Sequence record: DRR723986_576
Strand: one strand, 5' to 3'
Length of the DNA: 54,088 nucleotides
Shown: in pieces, positions 19,087 to 29,637 of the stretch
Numbering within the stretch: position 1 is the first letter of the stretch
How the letters are laid out: every line of letters begins with the position of its first letter
Translations under genes and position numbers: made by a program
The notes under the pieces: model-generated
Told to the model about the DNA's origin: nothing
Seen by the model: only the letters and a program-made list of their open reading frames with translations
Database searches by the model: none

Positions 19087-21105
19087 GTGAAGAAGCAATT
19101 TTTACTGACGGCGTTCGCAATGGCGCCCGCACTGGGGTTGGCCAACCATGACTTGGCTATTGAATTGGTTGAGGTGACGGCTGAGCGCGACCTGGACCCG
19201 ACAGCGGATCAGATTTTTAGTGATGCGCCGCTCACCAAGCCGGTGCACGACGCCGGTGAGTTGCTGCGTTCGGTAACGGGCATGAGTGCCACACGGCGTG
19301 GCGGTCGCGGCTTTGAGCCAATTATTCGCGGCCAGAGCCAGAACCGTTTGAATATTATTTCCGATGGCGCGTTTAACTACGGCGCCTGCCCCGGCCGCAT
19401 GGATCCACCCACCACTTATGTCGGCTTTGACAGTTTTGATCAGGTTTCGGTGATTAAGGGTAATCGCTCGGTGATTTACGGCGCTGGCGGCAGCGGCGGC
19501 ACGCTGTTGTTTGAACACCAGCGCCCGGAATTTGATGAAAGCGGTTATCGCGGCAATGTTCGCCTTGGCTATACCGGCAACTCAGACCTGCGCAGCGCAG
19601 CGGTGGATTTTGCCGCAGGCAATGACCGCGGCTTTGTTCGCGTATTTGGCGAGAACATTGAATCGGACAACTACGATGACGGTGACGGCAACACCGTGTC
19701 GTCGGCCTTCGACTCCAACAGCTTTGGCGTGATTGTAGGTGGCGATATCGGCAACCACTATCTTGAAGCCTCTCATGAGGTGGCCAACGAGGAAGACCTG
19801 TTCTATGCCGGGAACGGCATGGACGCACCCTATGCCGATTCCACCACCAGCCGCTTTAAGTGGGATTACAACGCTTCGATCGGCCCGGTAGATGCGTTGT
19901 CGCTGAATCTGTATCGCAGCGATGTTACGCACTTGATGGACAATTACACGCTACGCCCGCGCAACGCGATGCCCAACGGCATGGCAGCGCCCAGTTCATC
20001 TGACACCTGGGGCGGCCGTTTTATGGCCACGCTAAATGGCGACAACAGCGAATGGCGACTGGGTATCGACCACCGCGCCAATGACCGCCGTGCCGACCTG
20101 TTTATGGATGCCGGCAAAGACGGCAGCTTCGATATGCTGGTGTCTCGCATGTGGCCCGATATCGAGCAGCGCCTAACGGGCCTGTTTGCCGAACTGGACT
20201 ACGAGCTGAACGCGGTGGATGAGCTGCGTGTAGGCGTGCGCTATGACCAGTTCCGCTCTGAGGCTACCTCCAGCGAAAAACCCGCCGGCATGATGGGCGC
20301 GGCCACCCCCGCCAACCTTTATCAGGCTAACTACGGCACGCGCAGCAACAAGGCCACTACTAACGACCTGGGCCTGGTATTGGGCTGGGACCGCAAGCTG
20401 AGCGAAAGCACCTTGTTTAGCACCAACCTTAGCCGCTCGGTTCGCCACCCGGATGCCAGCGAGAACTTTATTGCCCGCAGCGCCATGGGCAAGAGCTGGG
20501 TGGGCAACCCCAATATCGACCCGGAAATTCACCAACAACTAGACCTGACCTTGCTGTCTCGCCAGGGCGACAGCCACTGGTCGGCCACGGTGTACTGGGA
20601 CGAAGTGACCGACTACATCGAGCGCTACAATCGCGGCACTGCCACCCTGTACCGCAACACCAACGCACAGTTGCGCGGCGTGGAATTGGAGGCGGGCAAA
20701 CCACTGTTTGGCGGCGTATCTGCGCGGGTGGGTATTGCCTATACCGAGGGTGAAGGCGACAACGGCGACCTGGCGAATATCTCGCCGCTGCAAGCCACCA
20801 CCCATGTTGATTATCAGCGCGATGGCTGGTCGGTGGGCGTTCAGTGGATTGTTGCCGATCGTCAAAACCGTATTGATGTCGACAACGATGTACCGGAAGA
20901 AACTGCCGGTTTTGGTGTGGTGAATATCTACGGGAACTGGGAAGTGACCGACGCGCTATCGCTGGAAGCCGGTGTGGAAAACGTGGCGGATAAGAATTAC
21001 GCCTACCACGTTAACACCGCCTCATCTGACCCCTTCGACCCAACGGCCGTTCGCGTGAACGAACCCGGACGCCAGTACTGGATCAAGGCGCGCTATCAAT
21101 TCTAA
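19087..21105 (+). CDS. oprC: TonB-dependent copper receptor (OprC/NosA type)
   Basis: CPGRMDPP (CxxxM) plug motif, HLMDNY (HxM), Met-rich loops, NEPGR...C-terminal F. Confidence 0.88.
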   Translation: MKKQFLLTAFAMAPALGLANHDLAIELVEVTAERDLDPTADQIFSDAPLTKPVHDAGELLRSVTGMSATRRGGRGFEPIIRGQSQNRLNIISDGAFNYGACPGRMDPPTTYVGFDSFDQVSVIKGNRSVIYGAGGSGGTLLFEHQRPEFDESGYRGNVRLGYTGNSDLRSAAVDFAAGNDRGFVRVFGENIESDNYDDGDGNTVSSAFDSNSFGVIVGGDIGNHYLEASHEVANEEDLFYAGNGMDAPYADSTTSRFKWDYNASIGPVDALSLNLYRSDVTHLMDNYTLRPRNAMPNGMAAPSSSDTWGGRFMATLNGDNSEWRLGIDHRANDRRADLFMDAGKDGSFDMLVSRMWPDIEQRLTGLFAELDYELNAVDELRVGVRYDQFRSEATSSEKPAGMMGAATPANLYQANYGTRSNKATTNDLGLVLGWDRKLSESTLFSTNLSRSVRHPDASENFIARSAMGKSWVGNPNIDPEIHQQLDLTLLSRQGDSHWSATVYWDEVTDYIERYNRGTATLYRNTNAQLRGVELEAGKPLFGGVSARVGIAYTEGEGDNGDLANISPLQATTHVDYQRDGWSVGVQWIVADRQNRIDVDNDVPEETAGFGVVNIYGNWEVTDALSLEAGVENVADKNYAYHVNTASSDPFDPTAVRVNEPGRQYWIKARYQF

Positions 21106-21111
21106 CCCCTT

Positions 21112-21144
21112 CACCCGCTGGCATTGCGCCGCGGGTGCTTTTTT
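21112..21144 (+). terminator. Intrinsic terminator
   Basis: CACCCGC...GCGGGTG stem followed by CTTTTTT. Confidence 0.6.
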
Positions 21145-21159
21145 GCCGCCGGAGCAACG

Positions 21160-21582
21160 CTACTTAGCAGCGTAGGCGGCAAACACTTCTTCGCCGGTCA
21201 ACTTCTCGGTGGCATTGGCAAACGCGTAGTAGGTTGGTTTTTGGTCGATGAATATCTGCTTGCTAAATTGCCAGTCCACATCGCCAAACAAACCCACCGG
21301 CAGAGCGTAATGGTTGTCGGCCGTTAATCGATAAAACAGGTGGGTGCCACACTGGCTGCAAAAGGCGCGTTCGGCCCACTCAGAAGACTGATAACGGCTG
21401 ATATATTCCTCACCGCTGAACCGCACCTCGCCATCACACTCCACGGCCAATAGCGGACCGCCGCCCCACTGGCGACACATGTCGCAGTGGCAGGCATCGA
21501 TATGCATAGAGGACGGAGTGGCAAACACCGACACCTTGCCACATAAACAACTGCCTTGTTGCTGCGTTTCACTAGCCATCAC
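21160..21582 (-). CDS. GFA (glutathione-dependent formaldehyde-activating, Mss4-like) family protein
   Basis: GSCLCG, CHCDMC, RAFCSQCGTHL. Confidence 0.9.
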   Translation of the reverse strand: MMASETQQQGSCLCGKVSVFATPSSMHIDACHCDMCRQWGGGPLLAVECDGEVRFSGEEYISRYQSSEWAERAFCSQCGTHLFYRLTADNHYALPVGLFGDVDWQFSKQIFIDQKPTYYAFANATEKLTGEEVFAAYAAK

Positions 21583-21603
21583 ACTCTCCTTTTTGGGGTA
21601 GTT

Positions 21604-22035
21604 TCACTGCTCGGTTGTCGCCTGCTCCAGTTGCGCCACCAGCTCGCTGACCGCCTCGGCAAACTTGCCGTCATCGAGCTGTTCGCTCAGCTCACCGGCC
21701 TGCTGGGCATGCGTTAACGCCCGCGCCAGGTCTTGCTGCTCGGCAAACACTTCTGCCAGGGCGAAATTTAATGAGGCGATATATTCATCCAGGCCCGCGC
21801 GCTCGGCGCAGGCTAAGCCGGTTTCGTAGGCGCTAATGGCCTGCTCCACGTTGTTGGAAAAATCGCCCAAGGCCTCCCATTGCAGGGGGTGGTCGGCCTC
21901 GGTGTCGGCATTGTCTGCACACAGCGCCTTTAAGGCCTGAAAGGCTTTGGCCTCGCCCTTGCGGTCGTTGCCCTCGGCGGCGCGCAGCAGATTGAGGGTG
22001 AGGCAGTGAATCTCATCGTATAGCGGTGCAGACAT
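21604..22035 (-). CDS. Hypothetical helical/TPR-like protein
   Basis: HPLQWEALGDF and Ala-rich helical repeats; start at MSAPLY after AAGGA. Confidence 0.65.
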   Translation of the reverse strand: MSAPLYDEIHCLTLNLLRAAEGNDRKGEAKAFQALKALCADNADTEADHPLQWEALGDFSNNVEQAISAYETGLACAERAGLDEYIASLNFALAEVFAEQQDLARALTHAQQAGELSEQLDDGKFAEAVSELVAQLEQATTEQ

Positions 22036-22215
22036 GAATAAATCCTTTGGCGGCAGTTTGGCGCTGCCCAAAATTGAAGGTAGTGGCACTGCCAAGGTTT
22101 ATAGCACGGTCGGTAGTGTGGCTAACAGCTTGGCCGACTCTGCCATTGGCGGGCCGCCACTTTGCCACCTACTATGGTCGCAGCCCACTAACGATAAAAA
22201 CAGGGAGCCATCACC

Positions 22216-22977
22216 ATGCACAACATCGATCTAAGCGGCAAAGTTGCCTTAATTACCGGCGGCAGTCGCGGCCTGGGGCGCGCCATGAGCCTTGGCCTGG
22301 CGAAAGCCGGCGCCGATATTATTGTGGCCAGTCGCAAGCTGGAAGCCTGCGAAGCCGTTTGCGAGGAAGTGCGCGCCTGCGGCCGCCGCGCCGTGGCCAT
22401 TGCTGCCCACGCTGGCGACTGCGCCAGCCTCGACGCCTTAATCAGCCAAGCACTGGAGGCGATGGGCAAGGTGGATATTTTGATCAATAACGCTGGCATC
22501 AACCCCGCCTTTGGCGAGCTATCGGCACTGGAGCCCCCCATGTTCGACAAAATGGTGGATGTGAACCTGAAGGGGCCTTGGTATTTGGCCTCGCGGCTGG
22601 CGCCCCATATGGCAAAAAGCGGCGGCGGCAGCATTATCAACGTCATCTCTGTTAGTGGTTTAAAGCCCTCTGCACTGATGGGCTTTTACGCCACCACCAA
22701 AGCCGCACTGAATGCCATGACAAAAGTGATGGCCGCCGAGTGGGCCGATAAGAACATTCGCGTTAACGCGCTGGCCCCCGGCACCTACCTGACCGACATG
22801 GTGAAAAACAGCTTCCAGGTACCGGGCTTTGAAGAGGCCACCCTGCAGAGCAATTTACAAAAACGCATTGCCGATGCGGACGAAATTCTCGGCCCGGTAC
22901 TGTATTTGGGCAGCGACCTGGGGCGCTACACCACGGGCAGCACTGTCGTCGCCGACGGCGGCTTTATGGTGTTGTAA
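22216..22977 (+). CDS. SDR family oxidoreductase
   Basis: TGGSRGLG, NNAG, YATTK, RVNALAPG. Confidence 0.93.
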   Translation: MHNIDLSGKVALITGGSRGLGRAMSLGLAKAGADIIVASRKLEACEAVCEEVRACGRRAVAIAAHAGDCASLDALISQALEAMGKVDILINNAGINPAFGELSALEPPMFDKMVDVNLKGPWYLASRLAPHMAKSGGGSIINVISVSGLKPSALMGFYATTKAALNAMTKVMAAEWADKNIRVNALAPGTYLTDMVKNSFQVPGFEEATLQSNLQKRIADADEILGPVLYLGSDLGRYTTGSTVVADGGFMVL

Positions 22978-23000
22978 GGCGGCGTAAAAGGACTAATACG

Positions 23001-23834
23001 ATGAGCAATTACCCCGACTTTAACTGCCTGCGCATCACGCCGTTGGAAGACCAGATTGTCGAGCTGGAACTGCACCGCCCGCAGTCCCGCAATGCGCTGA
23101 GCTGGGAACTGATGCGCGAATTAAAGGCGGCTTTGCACCTGCTTGATCAGGACAACCGCGTGCGAGTGATTATTCTCAGCGGCGCGGGCAAGTCCTTTTG
23201 CGCGGGCCTGGATTTACTCGACCAAAACAACCCGGACAGCCTGCGCGACACCATTGGCGAGATCAAAGCCGGAAGCCGCGCCGGTATGCGCGCCCAGGAA
23301 TACATGGCCGAAATTGCGCTGCTGATGCGCCGCATTCAGCAGCCGATTATTGCCGCCGTGCACGGCCACGCCTACGGTGGCGGACTGGCCCTGGCACTGG
23401 CCTGCGACCTGCGCATAGCGGCAAGCTCGGCGCGCTTTTGCAGCCAGTTTATTCGCCTGGGGGTTTCCGGTTGCGACTTTGGTGTGAGCTATACCCTGCC
23501 GCGTTTGATCGGTGCCAGTCGCGCCCACGACATGATGCTGACCGCCCGTGTGGTCGATGCCGAGCGCGCCGAGCAATGGGGCTTAGTCACCCGCCTGACC
23601 AGCGATGATGCACTGGCCGAAGACGCCCGGGCACTGGCGCGCTCGCTCACTGAATTCAGCCCCTATGGCGTGATTTCGACCAAGCAGGCAATGTGGGAAA
23701 ACCTCAACGCCCAGTCACTGCAGCAGGCGCTGCAACTGGAGAATCGCAATCAGATTTTGAACGGTTTAAGCGGGGATGTTGAAGAGGCAGCAGCGGCCTT
23801 TTTTGAGAAACGGCCGCCGCGCTTTGATGACTAG
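23001..23834 (+). CDS. Enoyl-CoA hydratase/isomerase family protein
   Basis: FCAGLDL, PIIAAVHGHAYGGG..LACDLR, FFEKRPP. Confidence 0.92.
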   Translation: MSNYPDFNCLRITPLEDQIVELELHRPQSRNALSWELMRELKAALHLLDQDNRVRVIILSGAGKSFCAGLDLLDQNNPDSLRDTIGEIKAGSRAGMRAQEYMAEIALLMRRIQQPIIAAVHGHAYGGGLALALACDLRIAASSARFCSQFIRLGVSGCDFGVSYTLPRLIGASRAHDMMLTARVVDAERAEQWGLVTRLTSDDALAEDARALARSLTEFSPYGVISTKQAMWENLNAQSLQQALQLENRNQILNGLSGDVEEAAAAFFEKRPPRFDD

Positions 23835-23841
23835 GGCAGGC

Positions 23842-24249
23842 TTACATTACCCGCCAGCCCATCGCTTGAAACAGCACTTCAACCGCCAGCGCAATACCGC
23901 CCGCATAAGTGCCGAGTGCGCCGATAAACCGCATGGGGTTGGGGCGCGCCATGGTGCGCGTGGTGAGAATGCCCAGCACAAACAGCACGCGGCAGGCGGT
24001 AACGGCCACCATGGTCCACATCACCCACAGGGCCATTTGCGCCTGGCTGGCAATGTAGATCAACACCATTAGCGCTGGCGCGTATTCAACCGTGTTGGCG
24101 TGGGCGCGAATGGCTTTGTGCAGTGGGTCTTTCGGGTCGTCTGGGCAGCCGCTACCGCGTTTGGCCTTGGTGCGCGCAATACTCACGTTTAAACCCAGCA
24201 CAAAACACAGCAGCCCCAGTACCGCGATGCAGATCATCGGAATATTCAT
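23842..24249 (-). CDS. MAPEG family membrane protein
   Basis: IRAHANTVEY motif, four TM helices. Confidence 0.85.
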   Translation of the reverse strand: MNIPMICIAVLGLLCFVLGLNVSIARTKAKRGSGCPDDPKDPLHKAIRAHANTVEYAPALMVLIYIASQAQMALWVMWTMVAVTACRVLFVLGILTTRTMARPNPMRFIGALGTYAGGIALAVEVLFQAMGWRVM

Positions 24250-24297
24250 GTTTACCTCGTTATCGTTGTTGTTAGTGTGCGCGTAATAAGCGCTTTC

Positions 24298-25749
24298 CTA
24301 AGCCAGCCATAGCAGCGTGATGACACCGTAACTACACAGTGACACCAGCGCAATACCCAGCAGATTCAGGGCGAAACCGGCGCGCATCATATCGCGAATT
24401 TCCAGCTCGCCGCTGCCAAAGATCACGGCATTGGGCGGTGTCGCCACCGGCATCATAAACGCGCAGGAGGCCGCCAACGCCGCCGCGCAGCAAAACAGCA
24501 GGGGCGATATCCCCTGAGCCACCGCCAGCGCACCGAGCAGTGGCAAAAACGCCGCCGTGGTGGCGGTGTTACTGGTTAGCTCGGTGAGGAAGATCATTAC
24601 GCTCACGATCAACAGCAATATGAGCGCCAGTGGCAGCGCCGCCAGTTGTTCAAAACGGCTGGCGATCCACTCGGCCAGCCCCGAGCTGCCAATCAGCGCT
24701 GCCAGCGCAAGCCCGCCACCGAACAACAGCAGCACACCCCAGGGCAGCTTTTCGGTGGTTTTCCAGTCCAGTAGTGCGCTGCCCGGCACACCGGAGCGAA
24801 TCACAAACAAACTCAGCGCCGCCGCCAGTGCAATGCCGGTATCACTTAAGCCCGGCAGCAGCTGCTCGGCAAAGGGACGGCCGATCCACGCCGCAGCGGC
24901 CACGCAAAAAACAATGGCCACGCGGCGCTCGGCAGTGGTGATCGGCCCCATTTCCCTCAGCGCTTGGCGGCTGATGTCGGCATTGCTGTAGTCGGCAACG
25001 CCGCTAAAGTCGCGGCGACATAATAGCCGCCAGCAGATCACTAACATTGCAAGCGACAGCGGCAGCGCCAAGCCCATCCACTGGGCAAATCCCACCTCAA
25101 TGCCGTGACTGCTTTGTAAGTAGGCGGCGAGCAGAGCATTGGGAGGCGTGCCAATCAGGGTAGCCATGCCGCCAATACTGGCGCTGTAGGCAATGGCTAA
25201 CAGCAACGCGATAGCGTAATTGCGCCTTGCGGCGCCCAGGGACTCAGGCAACAGACCAATTACCGACATCGCTATCGGCAGCATCATTACCGAGGTGGCA
25301 GTATTACTTACCCACATACTTAGAAAGGCGGTAGCGACCATAAAGCCGGCAATTTGCCGACGCGGCTCCGCGCCCACGCGGCACAATATGGTCAGCGCCA
25401 AGCGCCGGTGCAACTGCCAGCGCTGCATGGCCAGGCCAAGCATAAAGCCGCCCATAAACAGAAACACAATCGGGTGGGCATAGGCCGCCGCCACCGCCTT
25501 GAGGGACGACAGACCGATGATGGGTGCGAACAGCAGTGGCAGCAGTGCCGTAGCGGGAATGGCAATGGCCTCGGTGCCCCACCAAAGCGCCATCCACAAC
25601 GCCAGCGCCGCACACAGCCAGGCGGTATCGCTCATACCCGCCGGTGCAGGCAGCAGCATCGCACCAACCAGCAAGCCAGGGCCGAGTAGCAGCGCAACGC
25701 GGCGCAGAGTGCTGGCAGGCGACGGGGTATCAGCGGGTTGGCTCGGCAC
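24298..25749 (-). CDS. DASS/SLC13 sodium-coupled anion (dicarboxylate) symporter
   Basis: MWVSNTAT, IGTPPNA, TELTSNTAT, PVATPPNA. Confidence 0.93.
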   Translation of the reverse strand: MPSQPADTPSPASTLRRVALLLGPGLLVGAMLLPAPAGMSDTAWLCAALALWMALWWGTEAIAIPATALLPLLFAPIIGLSSLKAVAAAYAHPIVFLFMGGFMLGLAMQRWQLHRRLALTILCRVGAEPRRQIAGFMVATAFLSMWVSNTATSVMMLPIAMSVIGLLPESLGAARRNYAIALLLAIAYSASIGGMATLIGTPPNALLAAYLQSSHGIEVGFAQWMGLALPLSLAMLVICWRLLCRRDFSGVADYSNADISRQALREMGPITTAERRVAIVFCVAAAAWIGRPFAEQLLPGLSDTGIALAAALSLFVIRSGVPGSALLDWKTTEKLPWGVLLLFGGGLALAALIGSSGLAEWIASRFEQLAALPLALILLLIVSVMIFLTELTSNTATTAAFLPLLGALAVAQGISPLLFCCAAALAASCAFMMPVATPPNAVIFGSGELEIRDMMRAGFALNLLGIALVSLCSYGVITLLWLA

Positions 25750-25931
25750 TGGCAGGGTCCATGGCGATAAATATGTAGCGCTTATAGTAACGGCCTGCCG
25801 CCACTTCCACTACCGCCCAGCTCGCGCCACGCTCAAGATTGAAAATCGGTGCTTCAAACAACTCTCGTAAGCCACTACCCAAGACCCACTTCAATAGCTA
25901 TGCTCTGAGCAGCTTTACAGGAGGAGACACC

Positions 25932-26591
25932 ATGCAACGCGATGCCATGCTGGCGTTTAGAGAGCGCTACCGCCGCGACATCAGCCCCTACTATTCCGGC
26001 TGGCTGCACATGTTTATTGTGGCGGCGATGGGGCTAGCCGTGATCGCCTACGCCGTTATGCAAACCGAGCAGCCCTCGCCTGCCGAGTACCTGGCGCTGC
26101 CGATTACCTTAATAGTGGTGAACTTTGCCGAGTACTACGCCCATCGCTGGCTGGGGCACCGCAAAACCCGACTGGGCGGATTATTTTACAAACGCCACAC
26201 CGGCGATCATCACAGCTTTTTTCTGCACGACGATATGGACTACGCCAACTCGCGGGACTGGCGCGTGGTGCTGTTTCCCAGCTATTTGATCGTGGCGTTT
26301 ATTGTCGGCTTGGCAATACCCGGCGCGCTGGTGTTAAACCAGATCGCCAGCCCAAACATCGCCTACCTCTATGTGATCGCCGCGATCGGCGGCTACCTGC
26401 TGTACGAGGTGCTGCACTTTAGCTATCACATTCCCGAGGGCGCGGCGGCCGAACGGGTATTTGCCTGTATTCCTGGCTGGCGCTCTCTGCGACACAGCCA
26501 CCGCGTTCATCATCAGCGCGATAAAATGGCCGCGTGCAATTTCAACATCACCCTGCCGATTTTTGACTACCTGCTGAAAACGCGGCAGTAA
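25932..26591 (+). CDS. Fatty-acid hydroxylase / sterol desaturase family protein
   Basis: HRWLGH, HTGDHH, HFSYH, HRVHH, NFNIT; RBS GGAGGAG before ATG 25932. Confidence 0.88.
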   Translation: MQRDAMLAFRERYRRDISPYYSGWLHMFIVAAMGLAVIAYAVMQTEQPSPAEYLALPITLIVVNFAEYYAHRWLGHRKTRLGGLFYKRHTGDHHSFFLHDDMDYANSRDWRVVLFPSYLIVAFIVGLAIPGALVLNQIASPNIAYLYVIAAIGGYLLYEVLHFSYHIPEGAAAERVFACIPGWRSLRHSHRVHHQRDKMAACNFNITLPIFDYLLKTRQ

Positions 26592-26614
26592 GCGGGCACG
26601 AGGCCCGCCTTGCG

Positions 26615-27157
26615 TTAGAAGTTGCGGCTAAAACCGATGCTCAAGCCGTCCATTTCCAGCTCGTCTTTATCGGTGTAGCGGGTTTGCTCAACGGTAATCG
26701 CCAGCAGGTCGCTCACTTCAAACGCGACGCCCAGGCCGTAGGAAACACTGTCGCGCTTTTCACTAACCGTGACTCGGCCGAGGCGCTGCGCCACTGAGGC
26801 ATTAAATTTGGTGTGCGACGCGCCGAGCAATACATAGGGATAAATGCTTTCTGTTACGGGGTAACCCACTTTCAGGTAGGCGCCGAGCAGTTGCTTGAGC
26901 TCAGTTTCCACTGCCATTCCCTCGATATTGACGCTGTCATCGCCCAGCCCCATACCCGCGCGGAACTCGGCCGCCAGGTAGTCGTTAAATTCCATGCCAT
27001 AGCGCAAAAAGGCAAACGCCGGTTCCGCTTCTTCACCGCTTTCGGTTACGGAGAACTGTCCCGCCGCGGCGCCAAAATAACGGTCTTCTTCAGCAAGCGC
27101 TGGGCACGCTGCAGCAATACCGCTCGCCAAAACCAAAGCAGAGAATGTGTTACGCAT
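26615..27157 (-). CDS. Small outer-membrane beta-barrel (OmpA-like membrane domain) protein
   Basis: Signal peptide, amphipathic strands, SYGLG, terminal F. Confidence 0.85.
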   Translation of the reverse strand: MRNTFSALVLASGIAAACPALAEEDRYFGAAAGQFSVTESGEEAEPAFAFLRYGMEFNDYLAAEFRAGMGLGDDSVNIEGMAVETELKQLLGAYLKVGYPVTESIYPYVLLGASHTKFNASVAQRLGRVTVSEKRDSVSYGLGVAFEVSDLLAITVEQTRYTDKDELEMDGLSIGFSRNF

Positions 27158-27425
27158 GGTGTTTTCCTTCTACATCGCCAGGGAATGAACACGCTGTTCG
27201 ATAGTTTATGCAGAGCGTGAAACACACCGCGCGTCACCTATCGACAGCAAATTTGTCGGGCACGATATAGATTGAAAAAGCGGATCGCAAGGGAAAAACG
27301 GACAAATTCTACCGCATTATTTATGTCGCGATCATACATACATTTTACGCATTCAGCGCAGCAATAATTAGTATTGAGACGGTGAATCAATGCGGTAAAA
27401 AAACCGTGTTTTTAGCGATAAAAAC

Positions 27426-27588
27426 CAGGGCCTGCTAACACTAATTGAGATGCACCTGCCGGAGGTCATCCTTGCCTCCAGCAGGGCGGAGGAAGCGACG
27501 TCTGGTTATTCCAAACTTCTCTTCTCATTCCTGGATTGACGAATTTTTAGCCGCAACAGGCATAACTCAATTAGTCAGAGGTGCCCTA
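27426..27588. mobile_element. MITE-like intergenic element with imperfect terminal inverted repeats
   Basis: Left CAGGGCCTGCTAACACTAATTGAG; right CTCAATTAGTCAGAGGTGCCCTA; ACTAATTGAG/CTCAATTAGT perfect inverted core; non-coding. Confidence 0.55.
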
Positions 27589-28182
27589 GTCACTCAGCTC
27601 AATATCTAAACTGTCGAGCAGGCTGAGCGCTTCGTAGCGGGTAAATTTTGCGCCGCTAATGCGATTGTGAAAAATATCAATGTGATAATTCTGTGCGTCG
27701 CGAAAATCCGCGCGCTCAAGAACGGTTTTTGAAAACTGCGCACCGCTTAAATCGCTGCGCTGAAAACTGGCCTGACTCAGGTCTGCCTCGCGAAAATCTG
27801 CGCGACAGGCCCGGCAGTCTTCCACGATCAATTCCGGTAATTGCAGGCCGTAAAACGAGGCGTCGTCTAACAGGCACTGAAAGAACTGCACCGGCGCGGC
27901 AAACAATACCCGTGGCCAGGAAACTTTCGACCAATCCACGCCGCGCATTTTGCAGTCGCGAAACAGGCTGTCTGAAAATTTGCTGTAGCCAAGGTCCAGT
28001 AAGTTAAGGTCGCACTGTTCAAATTCGCAGTCGACAAAATTGCAGCGCTGAAAACTGGCCTGAGAGAAATTGCACTGTTTGAAGTGACAGCCCTCAAACT
28101 CCACCCCCTCGATGCATTGATCCTGCATCTCAAGCTCTGAGAAGGTCTGTGAGTAGTAGCTGCTGTCGGTAAAGGCGGTCAT
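27586..28182 (-). CDS. Pentapeptide-repeat protein
   Basis: Tandem [CA]xFxx repeats (CHFKQ CNFSQ ASFQR CNFVD ... ADLSQ ASFQR SDLSG). Confidence 0.92.
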   Translation of the reverse strand: MTAFTDSSYYSQTFSELEMQDQCIEGVEFEGCHFKQCNFSQASFQRCNFVDCEFEQCDLNLLDLGYSKFSDSLFRDCKMRGVDWSKVSWPRVLFAAPVQFFQCLLDDASFYGLQLPELIVEDCRACRADFREADLSQASFQRSDLSGAQFSKTVLERADFRDAQNYHIDIFHNRISGAKFTRYEALSLLDSLDIELSD

Positions 28183-28281
28183 TGCGGCGCTCGTCCGGTG
28201 AGAGTGGTTCGTTATGCTGCCCTGCTACCTGGAGCGTCGCAAGGCACAAACGGCTTAGGCGGCGGTATATCGTGCTCGCCG

Positions 28282-28710
28282 TCAGCCGGCGCTGCGCACG
28301 CTCGCCCCGTCACGTTGCGTTGGCGGCAGGCGCTTATCTTGCGCCTCGTAAAATGCCCGCCTGGCGCGCATGCGGTGATTAACGCACTCAACCATGTGCC
28401 GATCGGATTGCCAGTTATGGCAGCCGCCCGGCGCCGTGTACTGCTGCTCGAAAGCCCGCTCTAATTTCGCTTGCCGCTCTGCCTTTGCCCGCGCCGCCGC
28501 TTTTCGCTGGAGAATGCGCTGTTGCTCTGCGTCCCGCTGCGCTTGCTGGGCCGTCTGGTGCGCGGCGATGCGCTCCAGATTTTGCGTTTGTAACTGCTGG
28601 ACGTTATTCATCATACGCTGACCAAACTGCTCGATAATTGCCACGCGAAACATCCACAGCAACGCCATCCCGGTGACGACAATCACCCCTTTGAATAACC
28701 ATTGTTTCAC
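28282..28710 (-). CDS. Hypothetical membrane-anchored coiled-coil protein with YxxPxxC...SD..M..C motif
   Basis: N-terminal TM, Q/A/R-rich helix, two-Cys C-terminal motif; paralog at 30058-30447. Confidence 0.7.
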   Translation of the reverse strand: MKQWLFKGVIVVTGMALLWMFRVAIIEQFGQRMMNNVQQLQTQNLERIAAHQTAQQAQRDAEQQRILQRKAAARAKAERQAKLERAFEQQYTAPGGCHNWQSDRHMVECVNHRMRARRAFYEAQDKRLPPTQRDGASVRSAG

Positions 28711-28815
28711 TGCCGATCACTCCTTGAAAAAACTGCTAAAAATTCCGTTTTACTACTATTGACGGACCGGGCATTTCACCGTAAAAACCCGCCGTTCAAT
28801 TGCGTGTGTTATACC

Positions 28816-29637
28816 ATGGCCTGGATCTCTTTCGATGTGTTTCGCAGCCTCGGCTTCGCCGATACACAAGTCCTCAAGCCCGACGATATTTTTCGTTGTC
28901 GCGAAGATATAAGCAATGCCGACTGGGTGCTTTACCCGGAGTACTGGCAGCTCAACGCGCTGGTTTATGGCCTGAACGCGCGGGTTTTCCCCAGCGAGGC
29001 CAGTTATCGGCTCGGCCACAATAAAATTGAGATGACGCGCGCCTTTGAAATTGTCGCCCCCGGGCATTGCCCGCAAACGCTTATCCTGGCGAACACCCCC
29101 GAAAACGCGCAGCGGGTATGGCACGACATGTTGCTGCCCTTTGTCGCCAAGTTACCCAAGGCCTCTCAGGGCGACGGGGTATGGCTGATCGGCGATCGCG
29201 CCGATTGGGAGCGCTACCTGCAACGCAGCGACGTGATCTACGTTCAGGAGTACCTGCCGATCGACCGCGATATTCGCGTGGTGGTGATCGGCGACAAGGT
29301 GCTCTCGGCGTACTGGCGTCTGCAATCTGAACAGGGCTTTTACAACAATGTCGCCAAGGGCGGCTTGTGTGACCACGGCGCCGTTCCCGAGGCGGCCACT
29401 CAGCTCGCCCTGCACATAGCGCGCAGCCTGGATATCAATCACGCAGGGTTCGATATTGCCATGGTCGGCAACCACCCCTATGTATTGGAGTTTAATCGGC
29501 TGTTTGGGCATCACGGTGTTGAGGGTGGCGGACGCGCGGTACGCGATGCGGTGCAGGCCTATCTGCTGGAGCACTCCGAACCCACCGGCCCCAACTATCC
29601 CAGCAGGCCGCCGCGACGGCTGCAACGCGTGGCATAA
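28816..29637 (+). CDS. ATP-grasp ligase (RimK-like)
   Basis: PFVAKLPKASQGDGV, YVQEYLP, DIRVVVIG, GFDI, VLEFN. Confidence 0.88.
   Translation: MAWISFDVFRSLGFADTQVLKPDDIFRCREDISNADWVLYPEYWQLNALVYGLNARVFPSEASYRLGHNKIEMTRAFEIVAPGHCPQTLILANTPENAQRVWHDMLLPFVAKLPKASQGDGVWLIGDRADWERYLQRSDVIYVQEYLPIDRDIRVVVIGDKVLSAYWRLQSEQGFYNNVAKGGLCDHGAVPEAATQLALHIARSLDINHAGFDIAMVGNHPYVLEFNRLFGHHGVEGGGRAVRDAVQAYLLEHSEPTGPNYPSRPPRRLQRVA

Noticed and set aside
27586..28182. qnr quinolone-resistance gene
   Set aside because: Pentapeptide repeats alone do not establish Qnr; I cannot verify the Qnr loops and there is no resistance-element context
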